IMG/VR virus record: IMGVR_UViG_3300032265_002598 | Coordinates: 32,001 to 96,000 of that record | Length of the DNA: 64,000 nucleotides | Strand: one strand, 5' to 3' | From: a virus | Lineage: Duplodnaviria > Caudoviricetes | Shown: positions 48,195-57,800 of the stretch, piece by piece | How the letters are laid out: each line of letters begins with the position of its first letter | How positions within the stretch are numbered: position 1 is the stretch's first letter | Notes under the pieces: model-generated | Told to the model about the DNA's origin: nothing | The model's input: the letters and a program-made list of their open reading frames with translations, nothing else | The model's database searches: none | Made by a program: the position numbers and the translations under genes

Positions 48195-49292
48195 ATGGCC
48201 AACCGTATTTATTATGCCTGCCAATCTGTTCAAATTAACGGACCAAGTGGTACATTATCTGGCAAAAATCCAGCATACGACACCATACAAGGTTTACAAA
48301 GTGTTGGTATGAATACCAACTTTAATCTAGAGCCAGTTTATCAAATGGGTCAGATTCAACTATATGATAACTATGAAGAAATTCCAGAAGTTGAAATCAC
48401 TCTTAGCAAGGTTCTTGATGGTTATCCCACAATTTACTCAATGGCTATGGGCACAGGCACACTAGCTAATTTGGCTAATAATCGTTGTGGTGTAAGAATG
48501 CAGCTATTCCCTGATACTCAAACAGTAGCTACTGGAACACCATTAGCTTCAGTTGAATGTGCTCCAGCTTACGTTTCTTCAGTAAGCTACAAGTTTCCAA
48601 CAGAAGGCAACTTTACAGAGGACGTTACACTAGTATCTAATGATAAGTATTGGGCTACTGGTACTTTAAGTAATACAGATGCTGTACTAGTTACTGAAAG
48701 TCCAAATCCAGATGTTGGCATTTTACGCAGAGGTTTATGGAGCAAGAACAGTGTTCTTCCCAATTCAGGTATTGGCTCAACTATTTCTGGTATTTATTCA
48801 TCTAATAGTGGTGGTATTCCTTCTGGTTCCAAAATTAATAACGTTACTGTTAGCATGAATCTTGGTCGTGAACAGATTCGTGAACTTGGTAGTAGAACCC
48901 CCTATTATCGTTATATCAAATTCCCTGTTGAAATTACAACAGAAATTGAAGTAACAGCTATTGGTGGTGATATGGTTGGTGTTTATGGATCAAGTAATGC
49001 AACTTGCAGTAATCCTAAAGCACTAACTAATAAACAAATTATTATTAGATTGTGCGATGGTACTACTCTTGATCTTGGTAGCAAGAACAAGCTAACCAGC
49101 GTTAATTTCACCGGTGGTGATACTGGCGGCTCAAATGCAACAATCACCTATAGCTATACTACTTATAGTGAGTTCACTTATACTGGACCAACAGGAACTA
49201 CAGGCTATCAATCTCCTGGTTCAGGGCTTGCCTATAATGATCCAAGTGGCGTAGTAGAAAGTGGTCTACCAGTTGCAGGCGTAGATTATTAA
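48195..49292 (+). CDS. Major tail (tube) protein
   Basis: GLQSVGMNTNFNLEPVYQMGQ..VEITLSK; NLGREQIRELG..KFPVEITTEIEV; position. Confidence 0.75.
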   Translation: MANRIYYACQSVQINGPSGTLSGKNPAYDTIQGLQSVGMNTNFNLEPVYQMGQIQLYDNYEEIPEVEITLSKVLDGYPTIYSMAMGTGTLANLANNRCGVRMQLFPDTQTVATGTPLASVECAPAYVSSVSYKFPTEGNFTEDVTLVSNDKYWATGTLSNTDAVLVTESPNPDVGILRRGLWSKNSVLPNSGIGSTISGIYSSNSGGIPSGSKINNVTVSMNLGREQIRELGSRTPYYRYIKFPVEITTEIEVTAIGGDMVGVYGSSNATCSNPKALTNKQIIIRLCDGTTLDLGSKNKLTSVNFTGGDTGGSNATITYSYTTYSEFTYTGPTGTTGYQSPGSGLAYNDPSGVVESGLPVAGVDY

Positions 49293-49330
49293 TAGTTAAT
49301 TTAACATAAGACACAGGTTCGAGGACTAAT

Positions 49331-49465
49331 ATGGAAGATATTTTTTCAGTAATAGGTAAGCTTTATTTAGAGCTACTACAAAGTCAAAAAGTAATAGAAA
49401 GTCTGCAAAAAAAACTAGACGAAATGTCTAATTTGCAGACTTCTGTTATTTCTACAGATAACTAA
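49331..49465 (+). CDS. Small coiled-coil protein (44 aa, MEDIFSVIGKLYLELL...)
   Basis: GAGGA RBS; hand-translated. Confidence 0.65.
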   Translation: MEDIFSVIGKLYLELLQSQKVIESLQKKLDEMSNLQTSVISTDN

Positions 49466-49467
49466 AT

Positions 49468-50514
49468 GTGAATGAAACTAGGAAATATGAAATACTAGTT
49501 CATAGGATATTGTCAGGAAAGCAAATTTTTTCTCATAATAACAATACTTATGAGCTTAGGAAACCCTCTTTATCTTTAAAGATGAAAGCAGACTTATTAT
49601 ATATTTCTGCTTATGAAAATAATATTTATAGTGATTTTATTCTGATGGAAGATATTGATGAGCTATTATTTGAGACAAATATTATTAGCAGAGATCATAA
49701 AAAAATCTTAGCTAAGATAGAAAAAAGTTTAGATAATCAAAAAATCAGTCTTTATAAATCATATTATGATAATACTCAAAAAAATAAAATCAAACAAAAA
49801 ATAAAAAACACTAGAGAAGATATTAATAAATTTTACCAAGAGCAACATAGTTTAGATTATCTAACCCTAGAACATTATTGTGATAATATTAAGAATGAAT
49901 TCATTATTACAAATTCTTTATATCACTGTGACTCTGATAAATTAGTTTTTGATTATAATATTCCTATATCATTTAATCTTTTTAATAGTATCATGTCTAT
50001 TATTTCTCATAATGTTATTGATGTTTCCACATACAAAGCAATAGCTCGTAGCGATTATTGGAAAAATTATTGGAATAATAATAAAACAAATATATTAGAT
50101 GAACCAGTTAAAGAATGGTCAGAAGAACAAAAAAGTTTGATTAATATTTCTTGTATGTATGATAAAATACATGAACATCCAGAGTGTCCTAAAGATGATA
50201 TTATAGATGATGATGATGCTCTTGATGGATGGATGTTAGTTCAAAGACAAGAAAATGAGAAACAAAAAAAGGAAAAAGGTGTAGATAGTATGTTGAGTGG
50301 CAAGATAAGGGATTCTGCGGAAGTATTTTTGATGGCTGGAAATAGAGAACAAGCACAGGATATATTTAGTCTTAACTCGGAACAAGGATTACGAACAATA
50401 CAAGATAAAATGAACATGGTCATATCTAGTGATGTTCCAGTACGAGATGCAGAATTACCGGATGTAAAAGCTAGGATATTTAATCAATTAAAGGAACAAC
50501 AGAAACGAGGTTAG
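49468..50514 (+). CDS. Putative tail assembly chaperone
   Basis: Between tube and tape measure; HEHPECP..IIDDDDALDGW. Confidence 0.55.
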   Translation: MNETRKYEILVHRILSGKQIFSHNNNTYELRKPSLSLKMKADLLYISAYENNIYSDFILMEDIDELLFETNIISRDHKKILAKIEKSLDNQKISLYKSYYDNTQKNKIKQKIKNTREDINKFYQEQHSLDYLTLEHYCDNIKNEFIITNSLYHCDSDKLVFDYNIPISFNLFNSIMSIISHNVIDVSTYKAIARSDYWKNYWNNNKTNILDEPVKEWSEEQKSLINISCMYDKIHEHPECPKDDIIDDDDALDGWMLVQRQENEKQKKEKGVDSMLSGKIRDSAEVFLMAGNREQAQDIFSLNSEQGLRTIQDKMNMVISSDVPVRDAELPDVKARIFNQLKEQQKRG

Positions 50515-50515
50515 T

Positions 50516-50830
50516 ATGTACGATCCAGATAGACTTAAATTTTATATGGAAAGAAGAATTCAAACAACAATGATTGGAGCATTAGCTCGTATTGAAGAAA
50601 ACCTTGGATTTTTATGGGGACAACATAAAGATGGTGAGCTTACAAAAGAAGAAGAAGAATTTGCTGACATTTGGGATTTTACCAGAAATCAAATTTTGAA
50701 TAATGGTAATAATCAAATTAGACAAATTAAAGAAGACTTTTATAGATATGGTGGTATATTTAAATCAAGATATCACTATAATTTCCCAGTAACAAAAAAT
50801 CAAGATAATCAAAACTCTCAGGAAGGATAA
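50516..50830 (+). CDS. Hypothetical protein
   Basis: 104 aa ORF in the tail operon. Confidence 0.75.
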   Translation: MYDPDRLKFYMERRIQTTMIGALARIEENLGFLWGQHKDGELTKEEEEFADIWDFTRNQILNNGNNQIRQIKEDFYRYGGIFKSRYHYNFPVTKNQDNQNSQEG

Positions 50831-50833
50831 ATA

Positions 50834-51727
50834 ATGAAAACTGAAAATTTTAGTGTTGTAGTTGATGGTGTCGAAAAGCATTTTACTGTTAGATCACCTT
50901 CTTTAAATGATCAAAGAGAAGGACAGAAAGCATACAATCAAGCTTTTACAGACGCTATCAAGTCTAAATCTGTTGTTAGGGCCAAGATGGACGATCTCCT
51001 TGAAGAACAAGGTTTGTGGAATCCGGAAAAGCAAAGAAAATTTGCCGATTTGCAACAAGAATTAATAGACGGAGAAAAGAAACTTGCCAAAGGTGGTTTC
51101 GGTCTTAAAGATGCTAAAGGACTGGCTTTAAGAATGAAAGAAATTAGATCAGAAATTAGAGATCTAATTAGTGTTCGTACCTCTTTAGATAACCATAGTG
51201 CAGAAGGTCAAGCTGATAATGCTAGATTTAATTATTTAGTCTCGGCTTGTGTGGTGTATAAAGATACAAATGATCCCTATTTTCGCAGTTTAGAAGAGTA
51301 CTTAAATAAGGCCGACGATCCTGTTGCCTTGATGGGTGCTCAGAAATTGGCCAGTATGATTTATGGTTTAGATAATAATTTTGAAAAGAATTTACCTGAA
51401 AATAAATTCCTTCAAAAGTATAAATTTGTTGATGAGAAACTAAGACTGGTAGACAAGAGAGGTCGGTTGGTAGATGCTGATGGTCGATTAATTGACGAAC
51501 AAGGTCGATTTATTGATGAGGAAGGCAACTACATTGATAAGAATGGTAATAGAGTCGACAGAGATGGTGATTATGTTGTCGATGCTGAACCATTTTTAGA
51601 TGAAGAAGGAAAACCTGTAGTTTTAGAACAAGACACCAAACCCGAAGTGACTAAAGATGAGACAACTACAACTACAGTATCAGAACCAGTCCCAGCAGAA
51701 ACCCCAGTACCCCCTGCAACTACTTGA
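50834..51727 (+). CDS. Putative tail assembly chaperone with 7-aa DxxG repeats
   Basis: VDKRGRL VDADGRL IDEQGRF IDEEGNY IDKNGNR VDRDGDY. Confidence 0.55.
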   Translation: MKTENFSVVVDGVEKHFTVRSPSLNDQREGQKAYNQAFTDAIKSKSVVRAKMDDLLEEQGLWNPEKQRKFADLQQELIDGEKKLAKGGFGLKDAKGLALRMKEIRSEIRDLISVRTSLDNHSAEGQADNARFNYLVSACVVYKDTNDPYFRSLEEYLNKADDPVALMGAQKLASMIYGLDNNFEKNLPENKFLQKYKFVDEKLRLVDKRGRLVDADGRLIDEQGRFIDEEGNYIDKNGNRVDRDGDYVVDAEPFLDEEGKPVVLEQDTKPEVTKDETTTTTVSEPVPAETPVPPATT

Positions 51728-51755
51728 TAATTTATTTACATCTTTTTTCACCATC

Positions 51756-51797
51756 GAAACACCATGTTGTATCATTGCAGCGTGGTGTTTCTTTTTT
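51756..51797 (+). terminator. Rho-independent terminator immediately before the tape-measure gene
   Basis: 14-bp stem GAAACACCATGTTG / CAGCGTGGTGTTTC + T6. Confidence 0.8.
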
Positions 51798-51808
51798 GAG
51801 GTACAATA

Positions 51809-54800
51809 ATGGCTAAAGGATTTAATTTAACAGCACAAATTAATTTACAGGGACCATCTAATATTAATGTTATTGTATCTAACATTAAAAAACAATTAGG
51901 CACCATTTCAGCTAATGTTAATTTAAAGATAGACCCAGCATCGGCTAAAACAGTTGCCAGCTTAAATTCTTCTTTAAATCAACTTAACTTAACCCTTAAA
52001 GCGACGGCATCTTCTGCAACAAATGCTGCTGATGCAGTTAGGGATTTACTATCAGCTATGAATGGTGTTGCATCTGTAAAGTTGCCCAGTCAAGCAGCAC
52101 AAGTATCTTCATCTCTTAATAATGTAGCAGCTTCTTCTGCTAGCGCCCAAAAAGCACTATCTGCTTCAAGAACAGAGATAGAAGAATTTGGTAATCAAGC
52201 TGGTTTGGCAGTAAGAAGATTTGCTGCATTCAGCACTGTAACATCAGTAATATATGGATTAACAGGAGCAATTAGAGGTGGAATATCCGATTTTATTGAT
52301 TTTGATAAACAATTAACTAGAATCGCTCAGGTTACTGGTGAAAGTAAAGACGGATTAGGTAGACTAAAAGGAACCATAACAGAATTATCTACAGGTCTTG
52401 GTGTTACAGCTAAAGACTTAGCTGGCGTATCAGTTACACTATCTCAGGCTGGTCTTACCGCTAGAGATACTGAAAAAGCATTAAGAGCATTGGCTCTTAG
52501 CGCCCTAACAGCATCATTTGATGATATGAATCAGACGGTAGAAGGTTCTATTGCTTTGATGAGACAGTTCAAGATCGGATCTAATGAATTAGAAGCGGCT
52601 CTAGGATCTATCAATGCTGTATCAGCAAAGTTTGCAGTAGAATCTAGTGATATTATTGCTGCTATTCAGCGTACTGGTGGTGTGTTTGCCGCAGCTAGTA
52701 GAGGAGTTAGTGAAGGTAAAGATGCTCTCAATGAATTTATTGCTGTCTTTACTAGCGTTAGAGCAACAACCAGAGAAAGTGCTGAAACAATTGCTACTGG
52801 TTTAAGAACTATCTTTACCAGACTCCAAAGAGGAGACACTATTGAGGCCCTTAAAGAATATGGTGTTAATCTTACAGATTTAGATGGCAAATTCGTTGGT
52901 GCTTATAAAGCTGTTCAGTTATTAGCTGAAGGTTTAGGACAGATCGACCCTAGAGACCTTAAATTCTCCAAGATTGTTGAAGAGCTTGGTGGTTTTAGAC
53001 AGATTGGTAAGGTTATTCCATTAATCCAAGAGTTCACAACGGCACAACAAGCACTACAAGTTGCTCAAGCTGGACAAGGCTCATTAGCTTCTGATGCTGC
53101 TAAAGGACAATTAGCATTAGCAGTACAAATTAGTAAAACAAAACAAGAATTTTTATCTTTGATTCGTAGTATTGGAGATACTGATAGTTTTCAAAAAATG
53201 GTTACTGTTGGTCTTAGTTTAGCTAGTGCTTTAATTAAGGTAGCCGACGCTGCTAAAGGCATTATCCCATTAATAGGATTATTTGCCGCATTCAAGGGTG
53301 CTTCAGCTATACGACAGTTTAGTGCTGGATTTGGAACTGGCTTTGGTGGAGGAGCAGCTAAACAAAATAATAGACCATTAGGTTTTGCTACCGGTGGTTT
53401 AGTTCCCGGACAAGGTAATTCTGATAGTGTATCAGCAAGACTAACTCCTGGTGAGTTTGTTGTGAGAAAAAGTGCTGTTAAAGCTATTGGCTCAAATAAT
53501 CTACATAGAATGAATAGATATACAACTGGTGGAATTGTTAATCAAATAGGTGGTGTTCCAGGAAAAACAATAGTTCAAAATAGCAAAAATCAATTAGTAG
53601 GATTTAGTCCAAAAGACACCTATTCTATATCAGATGGTTCTGAAAATCTTATTATTAAATATGATAGTAAAAAACAAAATTATAGAGCTAGAGGTAAAAT
53701 ACTTGATCCTTCTTTAGTTAATCGTCTTTTTAAAAACAATTTTCAATCTACTGTGTCTTGGGAAGAAATTGTTGCCAAAAGCTATAATGGTAGATTAGTA
53801 AATGGAAAAAATGATAAATTCCCAATAGATATTATTGCTGGAAATACTTTAATAGATGCTAAATTTAGGCCAGAAGAATCATATAAGCCTATGGATGCTT
53901 TAGGAAAAGCATTAAGTTATCGTCTATATAAAGCATCGGGAGGTAGATACAACTATGAAAATAATGGACAACAAAAACTTAAACTTAATAGTTTAGTTAG
54001 AAATACTCTTACAGAAAATCAAGATAATATTAAAGATTCTGGTCAGATAAAATTTGTTTATCCAGAATTTCAAGATATTCCCACAGACTTACCCGGAATT
54101 AAGTCTAATGTAACAAAACGACAAGCTCAATTATCTAGCAAAAGAACAAGTTCAATGCAGAGGGGGTATGCTCAAAGTTCAATTGACATATTCGGTGGAT
54201 CTACTTTCAGTGGAAATAAAACAGATATTAATACTTTAAGCCCCTACGATAAAAAAAGTAGATTGTTTGGAGGAGGATCAGTTCGTAAATTTGAAAATGC
54301 GGGCTTAGTTACTCCAACAGCAGGAACAGCAGCTAATGCTAGTGAAATATTAAAAGTACTTACTTTGCCAGGAGCAATGGCAGCTAGTGGAGCAAGTGCT
54401 GGGGATATACTGAAAATACTAAAGAAAAAAAATGTACTTACTCCAAAAGAACAAGATATCAAAAATAAAATTTTAGGAGCATATACTAAAAAAACTTCTG
54501 GTATTAGATTAGCAGAGAATGCAGATATACAGAAGGCAATTACCGAAGGTCTTTTATTTGGTGCTGCTGGATTTAAAGGTAGAGCTTTTCCTATCACACC
54601 AAGAATGGATATTCCAGGATTAAAGAATGCAGTTAAGGTTAGAATTACTAGTGGTGTTTTAGATTCAGAGATGTCTAAAAAACTATTAAAGAAAATGACA
54701 GTGGGACTTAATAGTGTCGCTAATAAAACTTCAAGAAATATCATGATTAAAGATATCTTGAAACAAACTGGTCCATTATATGCTGATTTTGATAGAACAT

Positions 54801-57800
54801 TAGCCTTCGGTGCTGATAAAATTTTAGGAGATCCAACAAAGCCAAAATATAGTGAATTCTCTGATAGAAGCAAAGTTGCTGGGGCTTTAAGAACAGCTAA
54901 TCTTAGCATTTTAGGTAAAGCTATTGCTAGTACAGTAAGAAAAACCCCAGAATTTGCTAATAACCTAAATGTAATTTCTGCTAGACCACAATCAACAATG
55001 GATTTAATAGCCGGATGGTTAGCTAGCAAGGGCATTCCAATTCCATTAAATAGAATAAAGGGTGTTGGTGGGCCACAAGTTACTCCAGAACAGATTGCTA
55101 GTTTAAAGGCTGACTTGATGAATCCAGAGGGGGCCTTTGTTGACGATGATCCTAGAAATATTGCAGAATCAGAAAGAAGAGGAATCCGATCATATCTATA
55201 TAAAAAACAAAATGTTGGACCAACAGGAAGAAAAAAGCTTGGAGAAGCAAATGCTAAGGGTTATTTAGCCGAAAGAGTAATTCATGAGCTGGGCGGTCCA
55301 ATAGCTAATAAAGCTGCGACTAACTATGGTATCGACTTCCCAGATGGTTTAAAAAGTGCCGCGAAATACTTTGGTATTCCATCAGATATTCCAACAGACG
55401 CTAAACTTACTTTAAATGGTCCTGCTGAACTGAAGAGCCAGATTGGCAATTATCTCAAGGTGAGAGGATATGCTGGTGGTGGTTCTGTTACAGCAGACTA
55501 TTATAGCTTAGAAAAAAGTAGTGGATTAAAAAGTTTTGAATTTGATAATGCTGTAAAGTTTGCTAAAACTATGAATTATAGCATGTCAGAATTTCAAACA
55601 TATCTAAAGAAACTGCAAGTAGAAAAACAGAATAAATCTGGTGTTAAGACAGATAAAGATGCTCTAAGAAAATCTTTAATATCTGGAACCCCAACTGCTA
55701 CATCTAGACAAATGTCATTAGCAGAATCACTAAAAGGTCCAGCAGATGCTGGCTATAGACCAATATTAACAGAAGCTCAAAGAGTTGCTGCTGCTCGTGC
55801 AGATGTGAGAAATGCAACAAGAGGATTTGCTTCTGGTGGACTTGTTCCCGGAGTTGGTAATCAGGATACTGTTCCTGCTAATCTCAATGTGGGTGACTTT
55901 GTTATTCGTAAAAAAGCAGTATCTACTATTGGTGCTAGTAATCTAAGTTCATTAAATAAAAGAGCTAGTGGCGGAGAAATAAGCAACACCGTCCCTGCAC
56001 TATTAACTCCTGGTGAGTTTGTTATAAATAGAAAAACTGCTAGTAGCATAGGAACAGCAACACTTAATAGATTAAACTATGCAGATAAGGCTTCTAAATT
56101 TAATAATGGTGGCCCAGTAGGAACTGTTCAAGAGTTTGCAATAGGTGGAGCTGTACAAAGACTATTCTTTGGTGGTCCAAGCTTACCAGCTAAACCCTCT
56201 AATCCTACAGAGGGTAATGTTCAAATTTCTACTACTGTTGGTGACCAGCTTAGAGGTATGGTAACCGCTTTAAATGACTTAGGAATATCTTCATCTAAAA
56301 CAGCAGAGATTATTAAAAAGGGTGGACAGATCAGTTATCAAGCTGCTATAAAAGCTTATTCTGCTGATATCCAAAAAATGAGATTAAATGGTGCATCTGC
56401 GATACAAGTTGCAGACGCAGAGAGAAAGCTTAGAGATATTAGAGCAGACGCAGCAAAGAATATCGAAACTAGAAAAAAACTCTCTGGAGTTGGTGCAGAT
56501 CAATTACAGAACATAGATACCTCAGCACAGTTTGAGAAAGAAAGATTAACAAATCAAAAGAGAAATAGTTTAAGAAAAAAAGGAATTACTGGAGAAGCAG
56601 CGGATAAAGTATTAGAAGGTAGTGCTGCTAATATTGAAAAAATAGCATATCAAAGTGCAGCAAAATCACAAGGTGTTGATCTTAAAGGTATGGGTCTAAA
56701 TGGTCAGGATATGCAAAAATATATCCAACGATCAATGATGGATGCAAAAACTTTACAGCAAATGAATGCTCAATATTTACAAACTAGAAAGAAAGATTTA
56801 GAAGCAGTAGGACATAGTGCAGCAGAAGCTCATAAAATAGCTCAAAAAGAAATCAAAGAAAGAGAAGCCATACTTAGAGATGTTGCCAAGTCTCGTGGAA
56901 TGGCAGATCCTACAGGGAAGGGATCGTCTGAAAAACTCAGCCAAAGAATGATGATGGCCGGTTTTATGCTTCCTATGATAGGTAGTGCAGCATCTAGTCT
57001 TATTAATCCTGAAAGTAGTGCAGCGAGTGCTGCAACATCTGCTGGTATTCAAGGAGTAACTAATACAGTTGGTATGGGATTAGGCACAATGAGTATGATA
57101 CCTCTTGAAAAACTAGGTAAATTTGGTGGAATACTAGGTATGGCAGCAGTTGCAGCAGCAGCTGTTGGTCAAGCTATGATAGATGCTCGTAATGCTACTA
57201 TAGAGTTTGAGAAAAAGATGGGTCAGAATAAAGCAGAAAAAGCTTTAGAAGAAGTAGGTAAAACTTTTGAAAAACTTGAAAAAGATATAAAGAATATAAA
57301 TCTTCAGAAAATTATTATAACTAAACTAGCAGAAGCTAGTACAAATATCAAAAGTAGTGTAGAAGCTGATGTTAAAAGAGCTAAAGCATATTGGACTAAT
57401 TTATTAGATGCTTATTTCGGTGGAGCAGGAACATCGCAAGGAAATAGGGAAGCAGCAGAAAGAAGTAAAATTTTAGAAAAAGGAGGAGTAGGTAAATATT
57501 TTCAAGCTACAGGTTTTGGTCAAGCTATGATGGGTAATGTTTCTGGTGCTGATGCAGCAGCTAGTGCGTCAAGATCTGCACAAATAAGAGGTTATGCTCC
57601 AGAAACAGCACAGCAAAATGCCAAAATATTTGCTGATACTGCTAGCCAAATTAATCGTCTTATAGAACAAAAATTTAAAGGCGGAGAAAGCTTAGAAAGT
57701 ATTTTAACAAGCATTACAGATGCTTCACAACCAGAATTTCAACAGTTTGCAGAAGTCTTAGCTAAATCTAATGCTGTTATAGGACAACAAATTTTGTATA

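Noticed and set aside
49468-51727. Programmed -1 frameshift in the tail chaperones (lambda G/GT type)
   Set aside because: ORFs have separate starts and stops, and I found no convincing slippery site linked to an overlapping downstream frame.
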